From Ophelia neglecta (taxonomy: Eukaryota): a stretch of DNA of 64,000 nucleotides. The position numbers were made by a program, and so were the translations under genes. Position 1 is the stretch's first letter, and each line of letters begins with the position of its first letter. The notes beneath the pieces were generated by a model. It ran no database searches. It saw only the letters and a program-made list of their open reading frames with translations, and had not been told where the DNA came from. The DNA lies in assembly GCA_965285935.1 (NCBI GenBank), contig OZ260661.1, forward strand, positions 128,402,001-128,466,000, in the 5' to 3' direction. Below are positions 26,625 to 40,805 of this stretch, piece after piece.

Positions 26625-28069
26625 TCCGTTTAAGGACTGCCACTTACAGTCCTAGTAGTGACGACTAACGATACTGCTTAGTACGTATTCTTTTATTGCT
26701 CTGCAAGACTTTTTTAGTCTACTTAAATGGATATATAAAAGTGTCTATAGCAGACATCAAATAGAATAAACAATTTAATAAATATTTGTAAAAAGAAATA
26801 ATATAATTAGGAATAAATATGATTTGTAGTACAAATAGATTATTTATTGCAGTGTGTCTGTCGTTTTAAGCGTAGGTGAACTGTTCTGTAAAATACAAAA
26901 AACTTTGTTCTTGAATATTGCACTTAACTATGTCGAAAATGACATGGCGTTTTTTTTTATTCAGGGTAAGGACAAAAATGACATTAACAATTCTTTTTAT
27001 GAATAACTTCATTAATAAAGGTTCCAATGACCTGCAAACCCTTGGTAAATAGATTCTATTTCCTTCCTACAACAAAAGCACCTTTCGTTGCATGGCTGAT
27101 AAAAAACTAGAAATTGATATTAACTTTAGATACTTAAAATAATTAAAAGTCTTCCTTTGATGGCCAATACCCGGAAAAATACATCAAATAACTAAAAACA
27201 ATGTCGGGTTTATGTAAACAACCGCGGTCCCATACAAACACGAGAACCACTTAGTTAAGTGGGCTGGTTTTTCTTGCTCTTTCTCCTCTTTTTCATGCAA
27301 TATGACAACAAAGTATTAAAAAAGCCCAGGCATCCTAATTTAATGCGGATATTTACGTAAGTGGTAAATAACTATGAATCTTTCTGCTTGAAAAATCATC
27401 GTAAGAATTAGATACTTATTCAACGTTTAGTAAACTTAGTAATCCTCCCTCTAAAGTTGTTATCGCCCCTGTCAACTTATGTGCATGGGACTATCAGCAA
27501 TATGACAAAATAACTCGTCTGTAAATTTATCATGAATTTGCCCATACTTTCGTTGATAAGCCAGTTACAAAAAAAATACTGGTCCATGAACTGGAGCAGG
27601 CGAATCTGGTTTAGCGTACATAAATCGACACATTCAATGTTAAATGAATGCAATGTTTACTTACCGAAAGAAGAGCCAGTTATTCATAACATCATTCGCC
27701 AGTAAATAGGATCTCGCGATTCATTGCGCAAGATCGCACAAATAAGAGGAATGGACCAAGTTTACATTCAGTAGCAGCAATTATTTTCACTATATAAGTG
27801 TTGTGGTCTAACCCAAATGAAGGAAATGATTGACTACTTCTCAGTGCAAGTGATACAAATCTTGTTTACTCATTCATGTTCAATTCTCGTTACGAGTTAC
27901 AGTTGAAGATTAATATTTGACGCTTGCAGCCGTAGAGACCTGGTTATTTTGCATCGGTATATTTCGATATACAAGAAAGACTATTTAGCACAAACAATTT
28001 AACAGTTACAATATTTTAATATTTTCGTTGTTACCCATCTTCGCCCTAAATACATTTACAATGAATAAC

Positions 28070-28470
28070 ATCTTAATATGACAGCAATGTATCCATCAAG
28101 TAAAGGTTTCAGGCTAAAATAACACCATACATACTTCCGTCATTTTATGCCATGCACTTAAAGAAGGAAGCCAAACCTCCTTCATAACTGACTTTCAATA
28201 TGAGAGTTGTCCATCAAGTGAAAAGACATCTTTGGAGTGGATACCCAGCAGACAAAGACCATCCATTAATAGTCCATTCAATCGGTACGAAAGAATTAGG
28301 AACAATCAGCCATGGTCCACATACATCAACCCCAAATGATACATGTGAAATAAATTGCAATGTAAATAAGTAGATAAATGGAAAGTGTTTCTCAGACCAT
28401 AAAGAACCTATGACAATTGAAAACAGGAATTTACCTAACTTAGAAAACGTTATTCGAAATAATTATGTTC
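28070..28470 (-). mobile_element. LINE APE endonuclease N-terminal relic
   Basis: Manual translation FSIVIGSLWSEKHFPFIYLFTL...DVCGPWL, DVFSLDG, EGGLASFFK, YGVI and YLMD follows the order FSI.H.N.RSL.KHF, ETWL, F.L.GY, GGGVA.F.K, GVIYRPP, Y.MGDFN. Confidence 0.45.
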
Positions 28471-30015
28471 ATTCCTTGCCTAATATAAATATAAGCTATC
28501 TTGATTTCAACCATTTCACATCGACGTTGAATCCCAGCAAGCTTCACGGAAAGCCAGTAGACAGGTACTCATACGCAGCTGAGGTGTTCGGCTTCGGTAA
28601 AAAGACGGAAGGACTTTTTTGTGCAAGCTTCTCAAGATACAGCCTCAATTTCGCTCAGCACATTTTTACATAGAATTCATGTAATTGACACCAGAATTCA
28701 TTTCCTTAAGAGCTCTATGAAAAATAAGTTAAACTTAAGAGTTGATTTCTCCATTGTGTTAACCGTGAGATGAAGGAGGCCGCCATTTGATTCTTAATAG
28801 CATGTTATTTTACTTTTAGACCACACAGGCTTGAATTGGCATTACTAAGCATGCAATTACCAAAATGTGAATAAAAAGCTATTCTTAACTAAAACAGCTT
28901 CCTTACCAGTGATGTTCTATGCCGGGAATGCAACATTATAGAATGGGATATTGCAACCCGTCCCCTTGTATTCAGCGCTGGTTCCGGTTCCGAGCGCACG
29001 CCAAACATGCCGAGATACACAAACAGTGCCGCGCCACAACGCCTACTATGAATATTCAAGCAACCCGAGTTTTCAGCCGAACAATTTCGCCGTCTCGTTT
29101 ATCTTGTTTCCCACACTTCACAACTTTCAACCAGGCTGAACTCGAATTGAATGATATAAAATAAGTTACATGCAGTTAAGGCAATGCAGGGGAAAATTGG
29201 ACACACATATACTTTGAAATTTGGCAGATTTCTGCCGTGTTTGGACGCAATTAATGTAGGCAAACGTTAGGCCTTTTGCTAGTAAATAGTTCATCTTCTC
29301 GTGTCAGCGTATACATTATAGTTCATACAAACGTTCAGATTAAACGCTGAACAAAAAAAAAAGATGCAATTAACTTTTTGCATCGTAGACCCGCTCATGC
29401 TAGCGCAACTTCTGAGAACGTTGTTACAAGATGTGCATACCCTGCGGTTATTTTTTGGTGTAACGCATTGACACGTTGCCGGACCTTGCCCGGATTTATC
29501 CCACGTCACGCCTCTAACAAGCACGTAACAATCAACAGCTCAGCTAGCAAGAGTGACAAATAACGAACACATCGACTCTACCATCAGACAACTATCCATT
29601 AAATCCACTGAATGCCTTAATTAAATGTGCTCAAACTGTGGTGACACGATCCATAGGATGGATCCGTGTTTCCATCGAATAAACCTGTTAGCTGTGAGCT
29701 TGGCAATATGAAAATAGGAAGTCTTGTATACAATTTCTGCTTTTTATTTGATCCTCATATCCACTTCCGTTTCTAAACATCATCGATTTCTACCTACATA
29801 TCTTCCGTTATTATCTTATTAACAACATCATTAAAACGCTCCATTACACGACATTCTATTTCGTTTATACTACAGGGAACTCTATTACTCATATGTCATT
29901 GTCCTGTTAGAATATAATTGGCTTGCTTGATGCCTTTAAAAATAACGTTTTACATTTTAGTAAATGATGTTTAAGCATATATTTTTCGTATGCGAGCTTG
30001 TCTGTGAAAGACATC

Positions 30016-30081
30016 GGGCCATTGCTCAAAAAGTTACTATTATCATTTTAAATGATTGTTGGCACCAACTTTTTGAAATGC
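30016..30081. mobile_element. Very short MITE-like inverted-repeat relic
   Basis: gggccattgctcaaaaagtt ... aactttttgaaatg; 10 bp perfect inverted core tcaaaaagtt. Confidence 0.35.
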
Positions 30082-30131
30082 ATAACAGTTCAACCAAGGG
30101 CAGGTACTAAAAATGAATTTATAGACAGTGG

Positions 30132-30380
30132 GGAAGAGATGCATTTACCACTAATCAGTTTCGTTATGCAAAACACCCTTGCCATCAGGCCTAAGGCTTA
30201 CTGCTAAATCATTCTTTACGTTTGAGTTCTATACGGCCTTACGGCCATCAAATGCGCTGGGAAGAGTAATAAATACTGAATACATCGATTTTATAGGTGG
30301 TTCACGACCCATGAAAACTCCCCCTGTCTTAATTTAATGCACTCATAGCTTATTTATAGTGACTCTTGAAGAACGCACAG
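30132..30380 (+). repeat. Dispersed repeat B, copy 2
   Basis: Aligns with 9597-9840. Confidence 0.85.
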
Positions 30381-33109
30381 CCAGATAATGCTAGCTTGGA
30401 ATCATATCAGTGAACTTTTTTATTGAGTTAGACGAACTGAAATGTAGTGGAGTTGATTTCAATCTGTGATATCGATTTTATCTGGATATCTATTACCGTT
30501 CTTCTATTATTATTGCTGCTATTCCTATATGGTATAACCATTTGCTTCTACATTAAATATAGATTTAAAACATATGCAAACTCGCTTATTTCTTCAACAA
30601 CAGTAAAGTATTTTCTATTAAGAATAGTATAGAAAGGCATAGAAAGTGTTAGTGGGTAGCTATTCGCAGTCTGGCAATCTCAAACCTACATTGCAGCTGC
30701 TGGTTCCTAGTGAATTTGGACCCATTTAAGTGAGTTTCTTGATAAACGATTATATTTTGTCTGGCGTGTTCCAACTCCACTTGCTTACGGTAGCCAGTGT
30801 GGCTGGTTACTGCACTGTAGAAAAAGGTGTGGCGCCAATCAGAGACCAGTATGCGATTTAAGAGAACAATTCTGACACAGATAACTCATAAACAAACATC
30901 ATTACCACTTATAGGCCAAATCGCCGACACCTTTGAACAAGAACGAATAGGGAGGTTAAGCTGGCAAACACAAGTTTAAATACTGAAAAGAAACTATATT
31001 TTTCAAGCCGAATACTTCTGTTTAATTCTACGGTGAACTATAAGCTCCGCTGGAAATAATCAAAATATCTTCAAACAATAAATACTCTAGGAAAACAGAA
31101 ATTGTTGCGAGAAATTACAAAAGCAGGCAGGACCCAGTGTCTGTCTGTGTTAACAAAACAAAAAATACAAACAGTGTTCATAGGACACGGGGTTTGTAAA
31201 CCACAGGGTAACACGACGAGATAGGGTAGCTGATCAAAACATCAAGCAAACTGCATTACTATGAGAAAACATTAGTATAGCTACATTTATTGACATTTAA
31301 TGTACTCGATTAAGACAAGATACAGGGCTACCTTGGATTTCATGACGATATTCCTTTGTTAAGCTCGCCCTGCCATTACAACTTACTTTTCGGGCCATAT
31401 TTGCTGTGCTTTGCGGTTTTCCGTTTGCAGACACTGTTCAATCTATTTAGTTTGAAACTCGATCAATTTGTGTAATGGGTTTTAGGATGCGTGAAGTATG
31501 CCAAGGTCATATTAGATGTTTTGTGTCTGCCCCAGATTTGCGACTGATTTCAAGCTGATGTTTTCATTACGAATAGTGCCTTGAGGGAAATGCTCAGCAA
31601 ATCTCATTTGCTTCCTTGTGGCCGGCAAGGGAGACTGCTTAGGGGATCCAAAATGCTTAAAACAGCATAACGTAATATTAAGCTTACATAAAAATAGAAA
31701 CTGGGATGTTTGTATCCACATTTAGTATACAAATATACTTTCCATTAGCCACTATATTCCTTAATGCATTGCCTTTTCTGCTTCCATACTTTGTGGTTGG
31801 TAATGTTAATACTAGGTCTTCTCATAAATACAAGCAGTAAGACGGTGTGTACAGGGTTTCTGTATATGAGGACTTATACCCCCTTGTTAAACAATCGAGA
31901 GGCCATATTTTTTAAAGCTGTGGATCATTTATCTTATACAACACGCAGGGTAGGTAAGTTGTGTTCGTTGTGTAGCCGCAGGTGGCCATTTAAATACTAT
32001 TCATACACCTGGCTTGAAATGGCCACTTATCAGTCTGTGTATGCCAAGATCAGTCAATACATAATCAGTACCGGAGAATGATCGGAGACTAGCATTGTAT
32101 CTGGGGCACCTCGATTGCTGAAGATGAACGCGGACTAAACTAAGACTTCTTTGCAATGATTTGATTTAGACTACCTGAATGGTCAGACTGGCAACACTGC
32201 AGGGCAGTTTAGAACTGAGTTCTTCCTAAATATTTACAAACAGCAAAGCGTATAAATCGATGAGCTGTTCCCACAATTACGTAATGTGTGGCCATTCATG
32301 ATTTTAAGATTCTTTAACCTGTTTGGACCTAAAACATATAATAATTCTATTTGATATTTTCTCTGTCGCACTACCACATCTTTTTATCTTCCTGTATCAA
32401 ATTTACTGAATTTCCTTACAAACTGTCCTTATAGTTTGTTTCCATCCTATAATATTCTAAAAAAAGCAATTACCGAAACCTATTTCATTCTTTCTTATTC
32501 CCAGACGCTCAGTGGTTTTGCAATGTGAAAAGCAACACTAGACTGTGGTAAAAAGATAGAAAATACTGTACATATCCGGGCAACATACATCATTTGATTT
32601 TTCTGTTTTCTGAAAATGCATGCACAATCAATCATCTCCCAATTCACCCTCCCGCTCACGCGATGGGCTGCTTTCAGTTATGAAGCAATAGTCGTTTTGC
32701 GATTATTTTAATCCCATTTTGGAGTTTTTGGTATTATATTATAAAATTTATAGTTGAATTATGTGTTGTTTGAATCCACCCACTTTTGTTATTTTGCACT
32801 TCATAGACATTTGCTCTAGTCTCATGGAAATGGTGTATCTGAATGATGGCTAAATAGAAATCTCAAAATTCGGAAATGCATATGATTCCTTAGGGCCATA
32901 AAACCCTACTTAATAGCTAGCCTCCCCCTATAAAACAAAGCTAAAGACCTTCCCCGAGTGATATGTCCAGATATCCTTACTGGCTAGAGGGATTTGTTTG
33001 GAACAGCGGGACTAATATAAAACCATGTTGCACTTAATGGAGAAAGCCATCACCAACCAGCACCTTCCGTTGTTTCACATTAAGATATAACGCAAGACAG
33101 GATCATATC

Positions 33110-33245
33110 TCCAACCAATTACCCAATCTGCCGGCCGACCAGGTAGCCAGCCTGCCAGCATATCAATCAACCACACCGTCAATCAGCAGTCAGGCAAACA
33201 ATCGAGCCAGGAAGGTAGCAACCAGGCATGCAAACAAGCAGACGA
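33110..33245. repeat. Degenerate tetranucleotide microsatellite (CCAA/CCAG/CAAT-type)
   Basis: ccaaccaattacccaatctgccggccgaccaggtagccagcctgccagc...tcaatcaacc...aggcaaacaatc shows 4-bp periodicity. Confidence 0.55.
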
Positions 33246-33409
33246 CAATTGAATTAGTGGAGTGATAAATGAATAGCTTATCCAAATTATTTTTTCTGCC
33301 GCCTTAAGGGCGAACATTAAAAAAACGCTGCCGTTGTGTTCTTAAATACATTATGGGCACAAATGGATGTGAAAAAAGTTCGTATCGCAAGCCGAACGTT
33401 TTAACCATG

Positions 33410-33640
33410 GAGAAGGGAGTAGTAAGCTTCTTTGACCGAGGAGGTTGTTTGGTGGTTTAAATCCCGAGTGATTCTTCGGGCATGGACTTAGTGTTTATTG
33501 TCTCTACTCCCTCTCTCCGCCTATGAGTAGAGATTGGGACCTGGTTGGACAGGGATGATCCCTCATAGTCTTGTCACCGCATGTGGCAGCTATTTACTCC
33601 TCAGAGAGTTGAGAAAGCTAATTAACGAGATGGTAATTCT
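33410..33640 (+). mobile_element. tRNA-derived SINE relic with CORE-like central domain
   Basis: B-box-like ggtttaaatccc, then ttcttcgggcatggactta...ctctctccgcctatgagtagagattgggacctggt, resembling the invertebrate CORE-like tccttgggcaaggcactt...ctctccacccaggtgtaaatgggtacctggt. Followed by tactcctcagagagttgaga. Confidence 0.55.
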
Positions 33641-33664
33641 CGAGGCGTTAGGCCAGGATTATTA

Positions 33665-33709
33665 CTCTGATTTCATATCAAGGATAATGCTCTGATTTCA
33701 TATCAAGGA
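33665..33709. repeat. 20-bp direct repeat, two copies, 25-bp period
   Basis: ctctgatttcatatcaagga at 33665-33684 and 33690-33709. Confidence 0.95.
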
Positions 33710-34323
33710 AAACAGTTGACTACTTCTCATTTAAATTGATATCAATTTTATTTGGGAGCTGGGGATTGGTGTATGTGGGCCTGCTGATGATTGCTTCTGT
33801 CGCTTTCGACTAAAAACAAGAGTATATTCTCACATAATGATTTTGCTTCGTCTGCCCTATATCCAATTGCGATTTTTCCATGGATCAAGACTATAATCCT
33901 TGATTTTACATTTCCTTAAGCAGTGTAAACGGCTGATCGGTTTGTTTAGGATTATGAGTTGAACAGTGATTATCCGGTACAAACTATATATAATTTAGAA
34001 GCCAAATTTTATTTCCTTGTTTCCTGGATATGTTATATAGTAGCTGGCGCTCGGCGCTCATTTGTGCGAACTCTTTAGCCACATGAAGAAACACATCTAA
34101 ATAGGCTTTGTAAAGATATCAAAGCCCAAAGTACGTTGCCGGAAGCAATGTTTTGTCTAATCGTGCTGCTTGTTTACAAAATACCGTTCTCAAAAACTAG
34201 GTTTGCCATATTATCTGATTCTGATTTACAGCGGATTATCTTTAATGAGTAGAACATGTACAAGAGCATACACAAGTGTGTCCGAGAGCAGCTCCTTTAA
34301 CGCCAAAGTGGTCTGAGGATGCA

Positions 34324-34430
34324 TTGGGGACTTGGGTCGATATTTAATCAAGACACAAAATTGTGGAGCCACGTCCTGGGGGAAGGAAGCTGAATGCACC
34401 TTGCCTACATAAACGACAGTCTTTTCTAAT
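34324..34430 (+). repeat. Dispersed repeat C, copy 2
   Basis: Aligns with 17403-17560, with a shorter spacer between the two shared blocks. Confidence 0.65.
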
Positions 34431-34719
34431 ATTACTAACAGGGAGAACGGCCATTGTGTGCTTAGTACGCCATCCCTGCTCTTTGTGTGAACGACCAAGT
34501 CTTGAACTCGTCTGATATATTGGTGTTTGAATTAACTGTGCGGGTACGGTTCCGATATTTAATACTATTTGATACATCCATGGGCGATTTGAGTGAGGAG
34601 GCTGGTAATTCTTGAATATGGACTCGTACAAAGCGCGAAATGCATCTTTACACCCTTGTAGTCTGGTCCTTACTAATGGTGTGATCTCCTCATCGAGTTG
34701 GTGGTTTCTGCGAGGGGTA

Positions 34720-34900
34720 GATTCATTTTCAGGTTGTATATTATTTTGTTGTCGAGTAAGATAGTAAGTTGTTCATTTGCCTAACGTGGGCTTTCTTTTT
34801 GTGTTTTGTAATAATGACAAGAATGGCTCTTTTTAGTGTTAATTTCTTTCCAAGAGAGTCTGCCGGTCCAATTTCAGTAGTATTACCATGAAGAAATACA
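34720..34900 (-). mobile_element. Crack/L2-like LINE fragment downstream of the RT domain
   Basis: LKRAILVIITKHKKKAHV, then (frameshifted) TILLDNKIIYNLKM; cf. LQKRAIRII....Y.AHT...IL....IY.L. Confidence 0.35.
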
Positions 34901-36472
34901 CGATACAGCTGGTATTCTGATCACATAGTAGTCAATGTCGAGATGGAAAAAACTGGTTAGTTTGTCTAAAGAAAGGGCGAATCAGAACACTGCACAATTT
35001 TGTCCCAGGTTCTAAGCAACAATAGGAAAAATCACTAGCAAATTGAAGCATTATGTAGCTATTCAGTAGGATTTATATTATTTCCTGTGTCTAAAGCGCC
35101 ACTTAGGTCAATCTGCATCAATCAATATGATAGAAAAAAACCAAAACCTGAGGCATGCTTGCACATCATGGTGGCAATTCAGCCTGCAAATCACCTAGGC
35201 CAGTAGCTATTACTCAGTTTAGGACTAGGCAGCATCGAAAATTATCAAAAAAAAATAACTAAGAATAAATGAAATCCTGTCGCTTCCTTTTCACTGATAA
35301 ACCTGTGATATCAGAACCGAAGTTATTTGTATATGATTAGAAAAACAAACCTAAATAATAAATGAATGTTTATATTTGGAGGAAGGCCACATATAACTTG
35401 TATAATTTGGTATTGGCTGCAAAATCTGAAGTTTCTGATATATATGCTAGCCTGAACTTTTAAGTTTTTTACATTATGCTTCTACCCTGTTTCATTGTTA
35501 TATCGCTGCTCAAAACCCTTGTGTTGCAGCAAATATTATCAAAAGTAGATTTTGAAGCTGTTTGGATTTTTGTCGGGGGATATTGGAAATAGCTCAACAT
35601 GGCTCAAATTTTGCTCTCCATTTGATTATTTCAATACGACGTTCTGCAACCAAAAAACAGACATATCCTACAGCCGATAAAAGGGACATTTCTTTTTGCA
35701 GCTTTGGGAAAAGGCTTATTTAGAACAGTCATCCCAAAAGGCTCTTTGAGGAAAGTCAGTCAAGGATAAGTGGTTAAGATACACCCCGGAAATTTGAAGA
35801 TCGGCAGACCATTTTGACAAGAGGATCCTTGTGCATGTCTCACCTTAATGGAACCTCTGCCACGTACAGCAGTTAAGCTTGTATTATGCACGGATGCAAT
35901 ATGCTTTATGCAAGTTACACGTCCCTAGAGGGTCACATGGATGGAATTTTCATCCATATAAAATTTTCACCACAAAGCATTGTGTTGGACTGGTTGATAT
36001 ATCAACGATGCGGGTTTCTAAAAAACATTTCATACAGAACATAACACTAAAATGGTGGCTGTTCAAATATTGGCCAGTTCTGGGTAATTTTATATTTCAA
36101 TTAACACATGACCAGTACAAACTCATAACAAGCAAAACAATTATTTTAGGGTTTACATTTATTAATATTATTTACTAGTCGACAGCTCAATTTCCTTTGT
36201 GAGCGCATAGTAATTGACCTTAATACCATATTTGTACAAGAGAGTACGAATAGTGGAAAGTTTGTCCTGTGACGGATCTAACCTGAATATACATTTCATT
36301 TGAGTTGACAGTTATCGTTATTGTTTGTCAATAGTGCGTTTGTTTCAGTCGCCTCGCTATTTTAAATTGACGCGTAATCAAGCTAAGTTAATTTTTCGGT
36401 AATAATACTGGGTAAAGTTATAATATAATTGTTATTTATAAACACAGACATTGATAATAAACCCAAACAATA

Positions 36473-36523
36473 CTCTCTCTCTCTCACACACACAACCACA
36501 AACACACACACCCGCACACACAA
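36473..36523. repeat. Compound (CT)n(CA)n microsatellite
   Basis: ctctctctctctcacacacacaaccacaaacacacacacccgcacacaca seen directly. Confidence 0.9.
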
Positions 36524-38469
36524 ACTTTGTAGCGGACGAAAGTTGTTATTGCTATTGGTCGTTTCCCCCGTTAATCATTGAAGCACGTACTTATGTCCCG
36601 AAGGTGGCATTATGTGAGTTTATTACGTGCCGAATGTATTATCTACGGATTTGAAGATGAATGGGAAGCATATGATACATGTTTACTTTCAATCAATGGG
36701 GAATAGTCATGTACGTTCATACACAGGACCCCTGTATGTTTTATGTGTAGTCTTGTTTTCGAACAATTAGATGGCTTGCTCAGCTATGCGTAATTTGATT
36801 TGATATAATGTCTGTCAAAATGTGGCTGGAAATAAAATCATACAAAAGCGTTTTCTTTTTCGCCATTTGCACCATCATTTCTAAAATGGCGTTCATATAA
36901 TCTTTATGACTCAATAACCAGCCTTATTTATGATGTTGCCGAGCTACGAAAACATTCCAACGAGCAGACGGTTTGATAAACATCTTGATCTAAGATATTC
37001 TATGCAACACTGTGTAAATACAACTGATATTGATGGCTCTACACTTTTTCTCAGCAACTTCGTTATAGGTATAACAATGCGGTACTTACAAGCAACCAAC
37101 CTTAACTAAGTTGACCCTATACTGCTTTCTTCTTTAATGCTTTTGGTTGGCTATATCAAAATAACAATTTGCCGGACACGTTGGAGATTCCATTTTATAA
37201 AAATGACATCATTATAAAGGCATGGGAATAATGGAATATGTACACTACTAGCAACTTCCCATCTCTCCAACGCAGCAATATCTTAGTACGTTTATATATA
37301 ACAAATTAATTAGTTAAACAAACGTCAGAGGTACACATTAAACTACACAAAGTACTGTTGTACAAATAATGTCAGCCAACAAAGATGGACTGACGTCAGA
37401 AAGGGCATTTATTATTTAACTATTGGACTGGCTTGTGTTTTTTATTCAGTTAATTTTGTTTGTCTTACTGAGAACGTTGTGTCATATGATACATAGCCCA
37501 TGGGTTGTGTAAAATGACATTGCTTTTATTTGATTTGACCGGGAACAAGTTACATTTTTAAAGTGGCTAAGAAACGCTTCACATGCGCCCAAAAAGTGTG
37601 CGTGATATACTCGCTGCGGCAGGGATGTTAATGACGGATTCATGTTATGCAAGATTGGTACGGATCAGGGAATTCAGCTTCACTCTTAAGGACCTGAGCT
37701 CAATCACCAATAGAAGCATAGTACCAGTGCAATAGAGACAGATAATTTCCGAGTGCACTGATAGGCAAGGCAATAATGTTTGATTTGAACGTATTTTATC
37801 AGGTTACACTACCTCGATACGATCATAAACAAAGGGTATTCTTTTATGAGAATTGAAAATTAATATATGAAAGAAAACGTCCATATAAAGTTAACAAGAA
37901 TAAGAGCTCAACATTAAGCGATACTTAAAAATCGCACACATAACAGGGAAAACTATATATTAAGTTTTGTATTTTTCATTTGTTGGGCATTGGCGTTTTT
38001 ATCCACGTTGTGGAAATTTTGTAACCCGTATTTAGGCACAACGTGTATATCTTATAGCTCTAGCATACTAGTCGAACGTTTGATTTTGCTAAATTCAATT
38101 GATTTGGTTACATAGTTCAATATGCCTTGAACTACTGTACTGAGGATAAGCTTCCGTCCATAATATAGGAAAGGAGTGGATACCAGGCAGACGCAGTGAA
38201 ATCATCAATCAAGAATATTCCATTAAATCAAAACCATCAGGAACCATCAGAGAGAACTCACCTACATACTCAGTACACCCGGGGGATGTATTTAATTACC
38301 CCTACTAAAAAGAGTATCATTATTCAATATGTAGGTCATGATAAGTCACCTCTAGATTCGAACCTAAACATCCGATGAGAATAAGTTGTTTTGGAAGAAA
38401 AATGGTTGATTGAAAGAAACCCTAATACTATGTCCATTAATAGGGATATTTAGGGTAGGCGTGCTACAT

Positions 38470-38595
38470 GCCTAATGGGAAGGTTTAAAGCCAGGTAACC
38501 GAGTATCATCCATTTAAAAGGATGCGACGAAGGAGGGCTATGCCCTAGTATTCGAAGTAAGGTGGGGCTAGACCTGGATGTGTTGCCAGAGTATG
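38470..38595 (+). mobile_element. Possible Deu/Nin-domain SINE relic
   Basis: atgggaaggtttaaagccaggt...ttaaaaggat...ttcgaagtaaggtggggctagacctggatgtgttgcc resembles the ggatg.gacgttaaaccgaggt...ttaaagatcc...ttcg.aagagtagggg...cccggtgt.ctggcc pattern as recalled; highly diverged. Confidence 0.3.
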
Positions 38596-39779
38596 GATTG
38601 GAGAACGACGATTTCCTTACTCAGGATATCGTATTTCCTGACCAGTTTTATTCAAAGATTATGATCAGTGCCCAAGATTTCGTGCCTTCATCGTCGATAT
38701 CAATTAAAAACGGAACCAAACAAAGGAATTTAATTTTAGAATAGCTACAATATATATTCAGGATAACATTGCCTGGATTATTTTTAGATGATACTTATGA
38801 TATGAGCAGCTGCTACCGCGCTTGGGAAAGAATTGTTGGTCGTAAGGTCAATCGATTAAATTTTGAAATATGTTTAGAACAGTCGATTCACTATCTTAGT
38901 AACTACTCATTTAGTAACTAATGCAACGCTGCGCTATAGGTAGGGGAGATGATGTCAATGTAGACATACATACTGAAATATTTATTATCTGAAAATCAAC
39001 TTTCGTTGCAGATGGTGTAATATTGCATTCATGATCGCAACAGTCCTTGCGAACATAAGCTGTTTTGCGGTATACGACATTTTAAAATGAACGATTCATT
39101 ACCATTTGATTGTAAGGTTAATGTAGACGATAGACACTCACTTGGCATTGCTTGCTAACCCAATAATACCGAGGGCAATTTCAGCTCTTAACTTGCACTA
39201 AACAGTATCAAGTATAAAATACTTTTAAAAATAATTATTACTGCCAATCAATTCACTGCTTGTCCAAGTCCAAGTTTGCTTGCATCCAGAGCCATGATTT
39301 AATTTTGTCTTGTGGTAGGTTCAATCAATACGTCAGACGTGACTGGTCTGATGGGAAACGACCATATGATTCCTCTCCATGCAACCATCATTTTATTGAC
39401 TAATTGATTGTCTTCTAATTTCCCACTTGTCGTTTTATTGATGGTGTGCCCAATATCGATAAATCTTTATTGTCCTAAGAAAGGCTGGACGCAAGCATCA
39501 TTCAGTGTTTTTCAAGCAATTTACTACCATGCTAATTTTTTAGTATTGCGACTTAACACACCCTACCTTTTAACCTCCAATTAAATAACTGTGTCAACAC
39601 TCCGACGATGTTAAGTTTTTACTTATACCATATTGAATGACCGTTCACCGTCGGTTGTTACTGCGGTATGCCTTGCCAAATCAATGCCATTTGTAAGTAC
39701 ATTTAGTCCCTTTAACCCCAATATTCTTCTAAAATGTGACACTATTCATAAAATTTGCATTTATATGCACATTAACAAT

Positions 39780-39960
39780 ATTTATCCGTCCATAAATGTT
39801 AGGTCGCTGTCTACCTTGCTTTCTTGAATAATACAGAACGCACATTGAATAGAAACCATAATGCCAGATAACTCAATATTAATCATGGATATTTTCTCAA
39901 TATTTCGTACATCCATTAATTGTTTAATTAGGTTTCTATGTCTGAACGAGGTTCACTGTC
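39780..39960 (-). mobile_element. Possible LINE APE endonuclease N-terminal relic
   Basis: MDVRNIEKISMINIEL...FCIIQESKVDSDLTFMDG resembles NVR...K...I..EL...I..QET.....DGY. Confidence 0.3.
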
Positions 39961-40782
39961 ACACGTCTTTCTTGACCTCAAACGTGACTGTTCCTTTTTT
40001 TCATCCAATGATCATAGTATCTAAGTGGTTTTTATCGATGGTAATAGTCCCAGATCTACCGCACGAATGCTTAATGCTTATCTGACCTGCGCTGATCCTG
40101 GCAACAAAGTTAACTTGATGTGCATTGCGGTGCTCAGACGACCCACATGCATTATCCATCACCCCGCTAAGGTCTCGTAGGCCAGTTCAATAGCTTGGAA
40201 TCAGCTACCGAGAAGGGCGGATTCTAAGCCTTGAAAAGGTCACTGCCCTGCCTTTCTTCGTTTATAACAATGAGTGTGCAGAACTGAAATGTCTCGCATT
40301 GAGCATAAAGTTCACATACGGCCCTACCTTAAGGAACGGATAATACGCCATTTGACTCAGGATGCGTTGTGACAAACACGGCCCTGGTTATAACTAAAGT
40401 ATCGAAGAAGTTTGTCGGGGAGTCGTTCTAAGACAAGTATAAAGCAAGCAACAATTGAAACCATGCAAAAGTCGCTAGCAGAAAATTTATACCTGCCAGA
40501 TGGATTAGTTCCGCCCATATTCTATTTGCTGTTAGGGAACTAGGACTTTTTTGGACTGGGCCAAAAAATGGATGTCTCTTGAATACATGAATTGTCTGCC
40601 TGTTATACACTCGCCTGTGTGAATGTCTGCATAAGGTTTCAATAGCTCTTCCCTATTTCATAGAGGAATATGAGTATGTGTGGGCCTATGTACATTTACG
40701 TATATGTATATGTGATTCTATTTTTCTTTTTGTTCTAATTTGTCCTGAATATATGTTATTCTCGTCTGTAAAGGACACATCC

Positions 40783-40805
40783 AAATAAATAAATAAATAA
40801 ATAAA
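40783..40805 (+). repeat. (AAAT)n repeat, probably a retroelement 3' tail
   Basis: aaataaataaataaataaataaa, preceded by T-rich 3'UTR-like sequence ending ggacacatcc. Confidence 0.75.

Noticed and set aside
30005-30020. tgaaagacat, matching the start of miR-71
   Set aside because: Only 10 nt match and there is no hairpin.
33665-33709. Direct repeats as a CRISPR array
   Set aside because: Two copies with a 5-bp spacer, no cas genes, eukaryotic context.
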